IMG/VR virus record: IMGVR_UViG_3300020045_007532
Span: 1-36,070 of that record
Length of the DNA: 36,070 nucleotides
Strand: one strand, 5' to 3'
Source: a virus
Lineage: Duplodnaviria > Caudoviricetes
The stretch's first letter is position 1. Each line of letters opens with the position of its first letter. Made by a program: the position numbers and the translations under genes. Below the pieces are notes generated by a model. The model was given only the letters and a program-made list of their open reading frames with translations, was not told the DNA's origin and did no database searches. This document shows positions 25,340 to 35,317 of this stretch, piece by piece.

Positions 25340-26551
25340 TTAACCCCACAGCCGCGTAGCCATCTGCGGACGGAGGACACCGTAGCCATACAGCACGTCA
25401 ATACGGCAAGGCATGCGGTCGTTGTTAATGTCGTACTGGCGAACGATCCGCATCGAGATGCCATTGTGAGTTTGACGTGAGGCCATGTCAACGCCTTGAG
25501 GCAGCAGCAAGTCGGCGCTAGCAAAGGTAAACGCATCCTTGTGGTAGACCAGATTTTGCGGGTAGGCTGTCGAAGCCGTGCCAACAAAAGTAAGGGCTGC
25601 ACTGGCGGCGGGAGCAGATACCACGGTAGCCAAGGCATGAGCCGCAGTGTAGATTGCAGGGGCCACCGGCAAGATCATTTCAGTAGCGGAACTGATGGTA
25701 GCATCGGCAGTCAGCACAAACTGTTGCAGTGCACCGGTCGACTCTCGTGTTTGCGGGTTAACTGCGTAGCAGCCAGCGATAGTGAACACGTCACCACGCA
25801 GCACAGTCTTGGTAGCACTGGTGTGCGTGATGGTGATGGTGGACTGGCCTTCGGTGAAGGTCGAACCAGCTTTCACGATTGGGGATGCCGGGAAGTTACC
25901 AGTGGTATGGACCTTGATCGACTGAGACATGTTGATCTCATCAAAGCCCAGCACGCCGGTGCCCATCATGCCATTCCTGAATTGACGGCTGACAGTATCA
26001 GTGGGGTTGAACAAGCCCTTCATACCTTCGACCAAACCAGCATTTGCGGCAGGGTTGACAGTGGCATAACGAGGCGACAGGGGAACTGCCATTTCGTTCA
26101 ATTTTTGCTGGGCTTGCAGCAAGACCAGAGAAGTAGCAGGGGACGTGCCGGGGGTGCCGACGTTGTGGTAAACGTCTTTATAGACGCTTGCCAGATCCGC
26201 GTCGATGGAAGCCGCCAATTGGCTAACGCGAGGTTTCAGCACACGGTCCGCAAAGTCATCCATTGACATGGTCAACTCGGCAGTTGTGAAGTTCACGCCG
26301 ATGTGCTTCTGACTGGAAACGGACAGAGTGGTGTACTGCTCGTTATCGTCCTGGACTTGCAGGGCAGCGCCATCAGTAACGAGGGCACGGTCCGGCAGGC
26401 GGATGCGGAGGGTGGAACCAATCTTGGCCCCAGCAGTAGCAAAGGAGTCATCATATTGACGGTTCACATTGCGGGTAAGCACAAGGTTGTTCTCCAGAAT
26501 TTCCAGAGCCTTGCGGGTGATCATGTCGATCGTGAGAATGGAGTTTGACAT
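25340..26551 (-). CDS. Major capsid protein (P22 coat-like)
   Basis: MSNSILT...KIGSTLRIRLP...RIDVLYGYGVLRP; strong codon bias; follows the scaffold gene. Confidence 0.92.
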   Translation of the reverse strand: MSNSILTIDMITRKALEILENNLVLTRNVNRQYDDSFATAGAKIGSTLRIRLPDRALVTDGAALQVQDDNEQYTTLSVSSQKHIGVNFTTAELTMSMDDFADRVLKPRVSQLAASIDADLASVYKDVYHNVGTPGTSPATSLVLLQAQQKLNEMAVPLSPRYATVNPAANAGLVEGMKGLFNPTDTVSRQFRNGMMGTGVLGFDEINMSQSIKVHTTGNFPASPIVKAGSTFTEGQSTITITHTSATKTVLRGDVFTIAGCYAVNPQTRESTGALQQFVLTADATISSATEMILPVAPAIYTAAHALATVVSAPAASAALTFVGTASTAYPQNLVYHKDAFTFASADLLLPQGVDMASRQTHNGISMRIVRQYDINNDRMPCRIDVLYGYGVLRPQMATRLWG

Positions 26552-26571
26552 AATGTCCTCAAAAAAGTAAG

Positions 26572-27321
26572 TTAACGACTACGCTGCGCATCAAACTTCT
26601 TCATCTGACGCAACCGCTCTGCCGCGATCCAATCCGAAGTACTCATAGTCTTAATCGACCGAGGATCGGTGGTGTCAAACGTTGGTGCGCTTGACGCTCT
26701 AGCAGTTACCGGCGCGAAAGGTGCAGGAGCACTTGACGCTTTCTTTATTGGTGGGGAATCAGCCACCTTAGCTTCAATCCGACCAATTTCCTTTGCCTGC
26801 AAAAATGGCGCGAGTTTGGCAATGCGAGCTGCTTCTTTAGGGTTAGCCCCCAAGTAATAAGCTACATCCGGCCCAACATCAGAACTTTGTATGGTCGAGG
26901 CCATCGTGGCAGTAATTGTAAGGTTCGGGTTGTAGGCGACTTGTTCAAAGTCGTCGTACTTACCCCGAGCTTCTTCTTCCCGCTCATGATACTTCTCAAC
27001 AATCGCAGTCTGCTGTTTCTGCTGTTCCCGTTGCTCTACCAAGGCAACCGCTCGTGCTTCAGCGTAAGCTTCCACAGTCTCGAATTGCTCTGGCGGAGGT
27101 ACATTCACGGGGGCAGTAGGTTGTGCCTGACGTTCACGTTCCCATTTCCGCTGTTCTCTCGCAAGGCGCTTACCAATCGCAGCGTCAAGCTCTTCTTGTG
27201 TGAAGGTCTTGGGGGCTTCGGCTGGCTTTTCTTCCGGCAAAGCTTGTACAGGTTCAGGCGTAGCCGTTACGACTGGTTCTGGCACGGGCAGTGACTCCGT
27301 TATTACTTCTTCAACTGACAT
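26572..27321 (-). CDS. Capsid scaffolding protein
   Basis: Acidic Pro-rich N-terminus, FTQEELDAAIGKRL coiled coil, GPDVAYYLG; upstream of the coat gene. Confidence 0.85.
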   Translation of the reverse strand: MSVEEVITESLPVPEPVVTATPEPVQALPEEKPAEAPKTFTQEELDAAIGKRLAREQRKWERERQAQPTAPVNVPPPEQFETVEAYAEARAVALVEQREQQKQQTAIVEKYHEREEEARGKYDDFEQVAYNPNLTITATMASTIQSSDVGPDVAYYLGANPKEAARIAKLAPFLQAKEIGRIEAKVADSPPIKKASSAPAPFAPVTARASSAPTFDTTDPRSIKTMSTSDWIAAERLRQMKKFDAQRSR

Positions 27322-27394
27322 TGCGAATCCTTAGATTCCCCGGTCGAAGGGCCGGTACATTTTGTATTTTAGCACGACTGAATTATTTTGTCAA
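27322..27394 (-). promoter_or_regulatory. Strong sigma70 promoter and structured leader for scaffold/coat
   Basis: TTGACA, 17 nt ending in TGC, TAAAAT (27394-27366); leader hairpins CCGG/CCGG and GAATC-TAAG-GATTC over the RBS. Confidence 0.85.
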
Positions 27395-27413
27395 TGCTGT
27401 ATTCATTTTTATT

Positions 27414-27563
27414 TCAGCTTTTCGGCAGGCATTCAGGTACAGTCTCAGCCTTTTCCAGTTCCTGTAACTGCGCATTGATTCGCATAATTAAAGGCGCAGC
27501 TATCTTCATAGGTAACTCTTGCAGTCCAGCATTAATAGTTTGAAGGTCAGTAGAGGTTAGCAT
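27414..27563 (-). CDS. 49-aa protein after the tail fibre (possible chaperone), MLTSTDLQTINAGLQELPMKIAAPLI...
   Basis: Hand-translated; fills the gap; amphipathic helices. Confidence 0.65.
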   Translation of the reverse strand: MLTSTDLQTINAGLQELPMKIAAPLIMRINAQLQELEKAETVPECLPKS

Positions 27564-27577
27564 GATTAAATACTCAT

Positions 27578-29125
27578 TCATTTTGCAGTCCATCCTGTAT
27601 TACCAGTTCCTGAAGTTTTCACATAAAGTGTGGTAGACGCACCACCAGATCGATTAAGATAGAGTGACCCCATGTTAGCTGTAACGCTACCCTCAGGCGG
27701 CCCAACACCTGTCGTTATGATAATTCCATTTGTGCTGGTATCCCCTAAATTCACCTGGAAGCCAAAAAGTTGTGACCAGCGGGCAGTCGCTTGTCCCAGG
27801 TCCCCGAGAAGATTAACATAAGGCGCAAAGTGCCCCCCAGATGTAAGCTGCGCTCTAATTGTGTTACCAGTCCCAAACTGAATAGCTCCGGCTTCTGCAC
27901 AATTAAGAAATAGCGCCCCAGTACCACGATGGTTGAATTGTGTGGAAGCATTAGCAGAATCCGCAGTACGTGCAATCGTCCAAGCACCGTCCCCCCAAGC
28001 GGAGCTTAGAGCACGATACGTTCCAAACTTGTCTATAAGCACAGAACCTGGGGCATCTAAAATATTATCCCAAGTAGCTGCCCCCTCTTTTCCTGCGTAA
28101 TAAGCGCTTCCAAGTGCCCCGACTTTAGCAATGCAGGCAAACCCATAACTTGCGACAGGTGATAAATTTGCCGTAATAATGCCGATTTGTGTCTGAACAC
28201 TTTTGGACACAGCACCAGCAGTTCGGTCATAATTACTTGTAGCAGCTTCCCATGCAGAAGTAAACCCACAGTCACCTACATTTTGAATATCTACTAGAAT
28301 GCCAGAGGCATCCGAGGCGAGCGTACTGCCGGAGGCGTAACCAGTCGGGCCGTCCTGACGAACACAGATATACAACCCATCAATTTCACCTGTCGGCGGT
28401 CGAGTAGCCCCGTTGAACCCCTTTTTCCGGGTGCTGATAGTAAGACCACAATCTGCACTAGCGGGGCCATTAATACCAGATCCCTGCGGCTGCGCCTCTA
28501 CGCCAAGCACAGAGTACCGCGAACCTGAGTGTGCTAGAGGAAGCTGCCCTTTGAGTAATCTTTTTGCAATGCCATCTGGTGTGTCTGAAAACATCCGAGT
28601 GTCAGAATTACCTGTATACTCCAGTAAAGCTGTGTCATAACTTGCTGGCACAGTTGTTTCGTTATACGCGTTGGGGATAGTTACAGTTCGCCCAGTAGCA
28701 AAAGTGATAGCAGCTTGCAGTGCCTCCGTCGAAGTGGGGGCTCCAAAATCATTTATACTTATGATCTCACGGAGTTTAGCTTGTACAGTAGTAGCCACTG
28801 CTCCCGTACCTGCTGGTAAGTATGTCGCAAGTGAATCAATATTGCTGATATTATCCCACGTACGAATCTCTTCTTCAAGACTTGTCTTTATGACGTATTT
28901 ATAGGACACACCAGTGGTAGACCATATCTGTGAAGGAGTGCGTCCGGCTGCGTCCAGTATTACGGGGTTCGTATTAGCAGTGCCCCCAGTATTGTCTGTG
29001 TACGTGGCTAGGAATGTGGAGGTCCCTGCTGCGTACGTGTAAATCTTCCCACCGCTAAGCGGGTTGCCGTTGTCATCAAAGAACTGCCATCCAGCCCCAC
29101 CGATCATTGCAAGATTAACGGCCAT
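27578..29125 (-). CDS. Tailspike/tail fibre (receptor-binding protein)
   Basis: N-terminal WQFFDDNGNPLSGGKIYTYAAGT particle-binding region; TVQAKLREIISINDFGA neck; C-terminal GPPEGSVTA..GSLYL...GNTGW. Confidence 0.85.
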   Translation of the reverse strand: MAVNLAMIGGAGWQFFDDNGNPLSGGKIYTYAAGTSTFLATYTDNTGGTANTNPVILDAAGRTPSQIWSTTGVSYKYVIKTSLEEEIRTWDNISNIDSLATYLPAGTGAVATTVQAKLREIISINDFGAPTSTEALQAAITFATGRTVTIPNAYNETTVPASYDTALLEYTGNSDTRMFSDTPDGIAKRLLKGQLPLAHSGSRYSVLGVEAQPQGSGINGPASADCGLTISTRKKGFNGATRPPTGEIDGLYICVRQDGPTGYASGSTLASDASGILVDIQNVGDCGFTSAWEAATSNYDRTAGAVSKSVQTQIGIITANLSPVASYGFACIAKVGALGSAYYAGKEGAATWDNILDAPGSVLIDKFGTYRALSSAWGDGAWTIARTADSANASTQFNHRGTGALFLNCAEAGAIQFGTGNTIRAQLTSGGHFAPYVNLLGDLGQATARWSQLFGFQVNLGDTSTNGIIITTGVGPPEGSVTANMGSLYLNRSGGASTTLYVKTSGTGNTGWTAK

Positions 29126-29384
29126 AAATCACCCGGAAGTTGTTAATAACGACAAATATATAGATCAGGCACATACCGATCAGGTAAGGCTGCTCGACGA
29201 GGGATGCAATGATAGTCAACACGATGCCTTTGATCACCATCGTGGGCACTAGGCCAAACTTGTCGAACAGCGGGCGCATCAGGCCATTGGCTTCTTTGGC
29301 TGTTTTGGATTTCAGCGCTGCGCTGGTCGTGTAGAGGTCAAGGACTTGCAGAACTGCGAAGGCAATCAAGAGGTAGGTCATCAT
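29115..29384 (-). CDS. Small membrane protein (DUF5658-like)
   Basis: LDLYTT...EANGLM with three hydrophobic segments. Confidence 0.65.
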   Translation of the reverse strand: MMTYLLIAFAVLQVLDLYTTSAALKSKTAKEANGLMRPLFDKFGLVPTMVIKGIVLTIIASLVEQPYLIGMCLIYIFVVINNFRVIYGR

Positions 29385-30841
29385 GCTGTGAGTGCCTGTA
29401 GTTGAGCGTCGGTGAGGCGTGTGGGGTAGTAGGTGATGCGCTTGATGTGACCATTGAGTACGTAAAGCGATGACGTGGTGGCATGAGAGCCACCTATCAT
29501 CATTCGGTCTACCACGCTAGGCTTAACGAAGGGGGGCGTGCCAGCGTTTGCCGTGACCCCATTCAAAACCAAAGTAGGCACGGACAGTGAGTACCCGGCT
29601 GCAAATTTATCCGCTTGCCCTGATGTAATTGTTCCAAATGCGGTAGCCGCTGCTGGAGCCACTGGCGTATGCACACCAGTGTTATAAAACCGAGCGCGGA
29701 TGGCTGTACTAGCCCCACGCCCAAATTCGTATCCCTCTTGGCTCGTGCTTGTAAGTCCATTTCCTGCACTCAAGAAACATCTAACTTGAGCACCAGCACT
29801 AGCGTAATTATCAGCAAGCGCCGCCGCGACAAACGTACCCTCACTCTGGTTAAACCAGCTTGAGAAGTTAGCCCCGGCCATACTCGCCAGATCAGCAGCC
29901 CGGGTAACCTGTGCTGTGGTAGTTGGGATGTAGGAGGTGGGGAATGTTCCTGCTTCTAACTGTGCACCCCATAGGTACAAGCCAGAAGTACCGTCACCTG
30001 TGTAAGAAAGAAAGCCATAAGCTGCTCCTGTTATTCCTGTGCCTGAAGCGCACATACCAATACGCGCACGTAGGGTTGTCGTTGTCGCGGGAGTAGCAAC
30101 CATCTGACAGCGATACCAGCCGTTACCCGTGTCCACGCAGGAGGCGGTAGGCGCTGTTGGAAATATAGTTAAAGTGGTTCCAACACGACTTTCAGTAACG
30201 GTTCCGGTAGCTAGATCAAAACGCGCAGAAACGTAGTCGTTTCCTCCAGTAGATAGGCTAAGAGCTAACTGTAAGTACCTCTTGGCACTGGTAAGGTCTT
30301 CCTTACCATATGTGGTAAAGGCAACTGTAGCCCCGGCTGTAACAGTTGCATCTTGATAAGTGCTCCGGGAAGCGGCGATAAGCGTCTCTGTCATCCTATC
30401 TGCGGTTGCTGATCCCGTAGGAGAAGTCGCAGCATCAGGAACCATTGCCATCGTGGTATTGGCATTCCAAGTCGTAGTAAAGTCCTCGGAATACAAGAGC
30501 AGATTCGTCCGACTTTCCTCAACCAGCAATCCCTTGCAAGCCCGCGTCACAGGGTCGTAATCAATGCGCGGAACATTAGCTGCGACTACCTCGATCAAGC
30601 CAAGCTCGTTTGTCCGAGTGGCGCAAGACGTAGCATCAGCGCGGGTAAACGTGATGATATCACTGAATGATTTTTGAACTAAGCCCATACTGTATGTCCT
30701 TGCTTGAAAATATAAGTCCAGGGCTGGGTTGAAGAAAGATATAACATCATTGGACAATGAATCCAGCTGCACACCAGACCCCACAAGCCATTCTTGCAGG
30801 GCCCGATTTAATTTTGTGAGTCCTGATGAAAGGGTAATCAT
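29381..30841 (-). CDS. Virion spike/fibre protein with carbohydrate-binding or LamG-like domains
   Basis: TFTRA, PRIDYDPVT...GLLVEESRTNLL, NGWYRC, WGAQLEAG.FPTSYIPTT...TRAAD. Confidence 0.8.
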   Translation of the reverse strand: MITLSSGLTKLNRALQEWLVGSGVQLDSLSNDVISFFNPALDLYFQARTYSMGLVQKSFSDIITFTRADATSCATRTNELGLIEVVAANVPRIDYDPVTRACKGLLVEESRTNLLLYSEDFTTTWNANTTMAMVPDAATSPTGSATADRMTETLIAASRSTYQDATVTAGATVAFTTYGKEDLTSAKRYLQLALSLSTGGNDYVSARFDLATGTVTESRVGTTLTIFPTAPTASCVDTGNGWYRCQMVATPATTTTLRARIGMCASGTGITGAAYGFLSYTGDGTSGLYLWGAQLEAGTFPTSYIPTTTAQVTRAADLASMAGANFSSWFNQSEGTFVAAALADNYASAGAQVRCFLSAGNGLTSTSQEGYEFGRGASTAIRARFYNTGVHTPVAPAAATAFGTITSGQADKFAAGYSLSVPTLVLNGVTANAGTPPFVKPSVVDRMMIGGSHATTSSLYVLNGHIKRITYYPTRLTDAQLQALTA

Positions 30842-31113
30842 GCGTAGTAGCTCACATTCAGCTTTGCCCCAGCGACCTGCTCGATGAAGCGAATGCGGTT
30901 CAGGTCTCCGTCGTAACTCATAGCACCAGTGATAGCAACAGGCATCCCGACAGACGCGGTTGGATCCACGCCATCATCACGCCAGCGGATAGCCTGCGTT
31001 TCGGGAACAATGACTGCTAGTGTCGCACCGGTCGGCACAGTCAGTCCGGTCGAAGCGGACAAATCCGTGATTTGCTGATACCCCAAGCAGACAGTAGTTG
31101 ATTTTAAACCCAT
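30838..31113 (-). CDS. Small conserved virion-module protein
   Basis: 91 aa; LGYQQIT...RWRDDG..PTASVGMP; AAGGA RBS. Confidence 0.75.
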   Translation of the reverse strand: MGLKSTTVCLGYQQITDLSASTGLTVPTGATLAVIVPETQAIRWRDDGVDPTASVGMPVAITGAMSYDGDLNRIRFIEQVAGAKLNVSYYA

Positions 31114-31122
31114 GATTGTTCC

Positions 31123-33234
31123 TTACATTGTTGGTTGCTGACCGTGACGTTCATTCTGTTCAAACCCAGCTGGCTCTTCTTCTTCCAGTGTTGGGTTGGC
31201 AAGAATCTCTTGTATATATTGCTTGACTACTTGCTGAATATCCAGCGATACGGGGGTATTGGCAGCCGTGGCGGAAAGGGCAGTGAGTCGCTTGGTTTCC
31301 GCATCGAATGCCGCGATATCCGCCTTGAAGTGGTCGTTCTGCAGTGTCTGGGCTTCCATGGACTTGGATACATTCTGCAGCATTTGGTGCATTTGATCCA
31401 TTTCCTTGCCCATGGCTTCCATTTGTTGCTCGGCTGCTTGCAGCTCCGGGGATTTATCATCGCCGTGGAGGAACTTGGGGTCAATGGTCTTAGCGAACCG
31501 CTTGGCCATTTCCTGCGCACCGGGCCAGTCCATGTTCTTGACAAACAAATCCCCGGCAACTTTCCATAACTCCGGATTGCCTTGCAGCAACTGCCCCATA
31601 CCTTCCAGAGCCTCTTGCCGCTTGGTCATATAGCTTGGGCCAGTTGTCACGCAAACATCGTACTTCCCAACACCGAGGTTGTAGATCTTTTCGATCACAA
31701 TGCCTTGCTGGTTCACGATCTTGCGAACTGGTTCGGCTTGTTCCGGGTTGACTCGAGCCGTGCTTGTTTCACCGTCTTCCCCGATGATGCGAGCAATGCG
31801 TTCAGTGTCGTAGATCTTAGGGGCCATATCGATGATCTGGCGGGTGATGTAACGAATGGCGCGGGCTAAGTTGTCGACAAAGTGATATGTGCCAGTGTCT
31901 GACTGCTTTTCCCGTGCGAGGATAGCCTTACCGGAGCGCTCGTTCGATGTAGCTCCAAGGCTGGAATCGTACTGACCAGTTGTGGACTTGATATCGTCGG
32001 CTGCCCCGGCTTTTGCCTGCAGGAGGCCGGAAGAGGCCATTGGGGGTTGTGCGCGGGCGGGAAGCGGGAGGACAGAGCCAGCACCGTCTGTAACGTCCGG
32101 GTTGACCTCCAAGTAGGGCCAGTTGGTGGTGTTTGCTGTCTTCCACTGCTGTTCGTAACCTTCGAACTGCCCACCGTAGCCGATGAAGGGAGCTTTCGGG
32201 GCCAGGGCTAGCATTTCGGCTTCCTGCGACACCCAATAGTTGTACATCCGCTGCGCGTCCTTCGCGTTCCGCACTAGGCCGGAAACGAAGATTCGACCGT
32301 CAACTTCGAACTCATTGCCGATCACCCGGACAACTGGAATGTACTTCCCAACCCAATCATTTTCTTCCAGGATCTCGTACCCGTTGATCTTCAAGCGCTT
32401 GACTTGCTTGAGTTCGACAGGACGCTGGCGGGTAGGCTTGCCGTAGAGCAGCTTTAACTCCTGGTCATCCGGAGTGCCTTCCATAACCGCCACATTACCA
32501 GGGTAGAGATTCAATGTCTTGAGCTTATACTCGTAGTAGAAGTACTCTGCAACGCGGATGGTGTCTTCCGCGATCCACTGCGACATGGCCTCATCCCCGA
32601 CACCAGTTGACTGAATCGTGGTGATGGGCGTAGCGTTTGGATACTTGCGTTCGTACTCCTCTTTGAGCAAGTCTTCAGTGATAAGGCACCACTCGGCATC
32701 CGCGCCGCAGGGGTCTTGAATGGTGGGGTCCATGTACACGGAGAAGGAATTCCGAATGCGGCCAATCTTGATGTCTTGGTCGAAAGAATCATCACTACAG
32801 TACTCAGTATAGAGCCGAATGTATCCTTCGCCATAAGCGACTTGGTTCTCGCAAGCAGTATCGTAGGCTACATCTGCATCGGAGATGTACTCAATATGCC
32901 GGACAAGCCCATCAAAGATCTCTGCCACTTCAACATCCGCCTTATCATCTACCGGGATGACTTTCCCCGACGGGCGGTTTTGCCTTTGGTCGTTCGTGAC
33001 CTGCCGGACGTGCTGCGGGAGCTTGTTGATCGTGAGACACGGACGTGCATTGATGGTTTGACCTTGTACAGCGCCGCGAGTAGCCAGAACATCTGCAGGC
33101 CATTGCCAATGATTGTCAGGGGAACCCGCATAAAACTTAAGATCGTCGACCTCATCTTCGCGGGACTCCGAGTAAGCGGCAATCGCCATAGTCAGGCGAC
33201 TGCGGGCAGTTGAGAGGATTTCAGGTTTGTTCAT
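31123..33234 (-). CDS. Portal protein (P22-like)
   Basis: 703 aa; RPCLTINKL, KDAQRMYNYW, SGKAILAR and YDVCVTTGPSYMTKRQE. Confidence 0.93.
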   Translation of the reverse strand: MNKPEILSTARSRLTMAIAAYSESREDEVDDLKFYAGSPDNHWQWPADVLATRGAVQGQTINARPCLTINKLPQHVRQVTNDQRQNRPSGKVIPVDDKADVEVAEIFDGLVRHIEYISDADVAYDTACENQVAYGEGYIRLYTEYCSDDSFDQDIKIGRIRNSFSVYMDPTIQDPCGADAEWCLITEDLLKEEYERKYPNATPITTIQSTGVGDEAMSQWIAEDTIRVAEYFYYEYKLKTLNLYPGNVAVMEGTPDDQELKLLYGKPTRQRPVELKQVKRLKINGYEILEENDWVGKYIPVVRVIGNEFEVDGRIFVSGLVRNAKDAQRMYNYWVSQEAEMLALAPKAPFIGYGGQFEGYEQQWKTANTTNWPYLEVNPDVTDGAGSVLPLPARAQPPMASSGLLQAKAGAADDIKSTTGQYDSSLGATSNERSGKAILAREKQSDTGTYHFVDNLARAIRYITRQIIDMAPKIYDTERIARIIGEDGETSTARVNPEQAEPVRKIVNQQGIVIEKIYNLGVGKYDVCVTTGPSYMTKRQEALEGMGQLLQGNPELWKVAGDLFVKNMDWPGAQEMAKRFAKTIDPKFLHGDDKSPELQAAEQQMEAMGKEMDQMHQMLQNVSKSMEAQTLQNDHFKADIAAFDAETKRLTALSATAANTPVSLDIQQVVKQYIQEILANPTLEEEEPAGFEQNERHGQQPTM

Positions 33235-33956
33235 TATGATCCATAGAAGCTGGGGGCTTTGTTCTTCGTGGCCAAGTTAGTGGACTGGTAATGAATGTCC
33301 ATTGTATGCAAGAACACGGCATCTGTACAAGTGTCCAGCGCATTGGCCGCATCGCGGTAGCCACGGACAAGGATCAATCCATCAACTTCCATCGTCGGAA
33401 TGGCGACTGCGGTGGTCTCACTTACGTTGTGCAAGTAGCGAGTGGCCGGGCTTGCTGCAATGACTTGCACAGTTTGGATGGCCGGGAATGCTTCCTGCCC
33501 GAAGCCTTTAGCGAAGCTGTAGTCAAACGTCCAGACTACGTTACCAGTGTTGGGGGCTGCTGCGGCATTACTCCAGTGGGCGTGCAGGTAAATATCTGTC
33601 CCAGGTACCCAGTCATGGGGGACGTGGTAGACGAAAAACACTTCGTTCATCGTACCAGCGCTGAACTGGAAAGCCCGCATCGTGGTGCCGGTGTAGATAG
33701 CGAAGGTCGGGTCGTTTACCCCAACTCCCTTCACGTCGATGGGGGCAGTTAGATCACGCCAGCCGAATGCGGGGGCATCCACGTCGATCTTGATCCCAAC
33801 GCCGGAGGCATTCTCGACAACAAGCCCCTCGCGAATATTGGCCTCGGTGAAGGAAGCCTCAGCTGGAGTCGCCCCACCGATTACCGTGGCATCCACTGCC
33901 CCGCCGATAATGGCTTGGTCTTCGTAGGCAACGCCGATTGACTTTGAATTAGCCAT
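33234..33956 (-). CDS. Probable virion protein between TerL and portal
   Basis: MANSKSIGVAYEDQ start with a TGATG overlap at 33956; HVPHDW...HAHW beta-rich domain. Confidence 0.7.
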   Translation of the reverse strand: MANSKSIGVAYEDQAIIGGAVDATVIGGATPAEASFTEANIREGLVVENASGVGIKIDVDAPAFGWRDLTAPIDVKGVGVNDPTFAIYTGTTMRAFQFSAGTMNEVFFVYHVPHDWVPGTDIYLHAHWSNAAAAPNTGNVVWTFDYSFAKGFGQEAFPAIQTVQVIAASPATRYLHNVSETTAVAIPTMEVDGLILVRGYRDAANALDTCTDAVFLHTMDIHYQSTNLATKNKAPSFYGS

Positions 33957-35317
33957 CACGCCCCCATCCAAGAAGAAGCCACGCCACGTCCGGAGAACTC
34001 ACGTGGACGCAACATGGCTATATCTTTGTTTTTCTCCTTACGAGGCTTAATCACGCCTGGAAACAGCTCTGTGATTGCCCAGACTAAGGCATCAGCACGG
34101 TTGGGGGATTTCTCACCCATGAAGCCGCCAGTAGTAAACGCCATGAGCTCATCTTCAAGGTCTGTGAGGAACCCAACGTGCCGCACCTTACCTTGCTCGT
34201 ACAGGGCCGAGACGGGCTCTGCTCGAACTACTTTACCACGTGTAGCAGTAACCTTACGGAAGTTTGTGCGGGGACGAGCCGTCTGGATTACATGCTGGAC
34301 CATAGCCCCACCATAGTTAGTCTCACCAACTACTGCATCAGCCTCATGCCGTTCAAACGCATCACAAACCACGCGACCCCATGTTGCAGGACCTGCCTTT
34401 ACAGTAAGATCCTCCATAACATAGCAGTTGCCATCAGTCCCAAGCCCCACAACCATAATGCCAATAGCATCATTATCTGCGTTATCGACATCTCCGGCAC
34501 CAGAAGGGTCCACAGCAACAACAATGCGGACCATATCAGGCAAGGTAGCATCAGTAACACGCCACTTGTCAATGAGCTCGTCTGAGAATAAAGCATTTGG
34601 GGTAGCCTCTGCAAACTCACCGCGGAGAAATCGCTTTTGTAGACGGGTGGAAAGACCTGCAAGAGTTTCTAGGTACCCTGCGGACACATTATCTTTGTTA
34701 TCAAACGGGTTAATTTGAAAGAACACGTAGTCTTCGCCATGCAGTAAAGGTTTTTTAGTGTCGGGGTCCCGCTTTTCTACAAACAGCTTGTAAGTCCAGT
34801 GTGCTTTGGACGGGGGGTTACAGTCATAGAGCATACGAGGCTTCAAAGCCTTGATTTCTGTGCCCTTAATTACCTGGTCTACCTGCTGGGCAAGCCGGGT
34901 GACAGCGATATCCCGAGAAGTCTTAGGAATCTGGCTAGTTTCATTGAGATAGATAGTCGCAAACTCCATGCCCAAAATCTTTTCAGCGCGTTCCTTGTCG
35001 TCTAGTCCGCCAAACCAAATTTGTGAGCCATTGTCAAACTCTGCAAACCAGTCTGTCTTGCTGATTGTATAGTTTACGCCTGGAAATGCGAGGGCCATCA
35101 CTTTTGGGAAGGTATCCATCACAATAGATGCCTTCACGGCATTGAACCGGAAGCGGAGGATTGCGTGCCTAGACTTTGGGGCTTTGAGCGCCCGCATGCA
35201 GATATTACGAGTCAGCAGGAATGTCTTGCCGCTACGAGAACCTCCGAACAACATGCAGTGCGTTGCAGGACCAGCAAGGATCACCTGCGCCTCAAGTTGC
35301 CGTTCTGTGAGCTTCAT
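33956..35317 (-). CDS. terL: Terminase large subunit
   Basis: RQ adenine motif, GGSRSGKT, IYLNE, DCNP, nuclease VAVDPS, ETNYGG and SPNRADAL. Confidence 0.95.
   Translation of the reverse strand: MKLTERQLEAQVILAGPATHCMLFGGSRSGKTFLLTRNICMRALKAPKSRHAILRFRFNAVKASIVMDTFPKVMALAFPGVNYTISKTDWFAEFDNGSQIWFGGLDDKERAEKILGMEFATIYLNETSQIPKTSRDIAVTRLAQQVDQVIKGTEIKALKPRMLYDCNPPSKAHWTYKLFVEKRDPDTKKPLLHGEDYVFFQINPFDNKDNVSAGYLETLAGLSTRLQKRFLRGEFAEATPNALFSDELIDKWRVTDATLPDMVRIVVAVDPSGAGDVDNADNDAIGIMVVGLGTDGNCYVMEDLTVKAGPATWGRVVCDAFERHEADAVVGETNYGGAMVQHVIQTARPRTNFRKVTATRGKVVRAEPVSALYEQGKVRHVGFLTDLEDELMAFTTGGFMGEKSPNRADALVWAITELFPGVIKPRKEKNKDIAMLRPREFSGRGVASSWMGA

Noticed and set aside
25496-26266. 256-aa + strand ORF and other long antisense ORFs (for example 17961-18479, 32716-33213, 4278-4733)
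   Set aside because: Shadows of codon-biased genes on the opposite strand, with no motifs or RBS.
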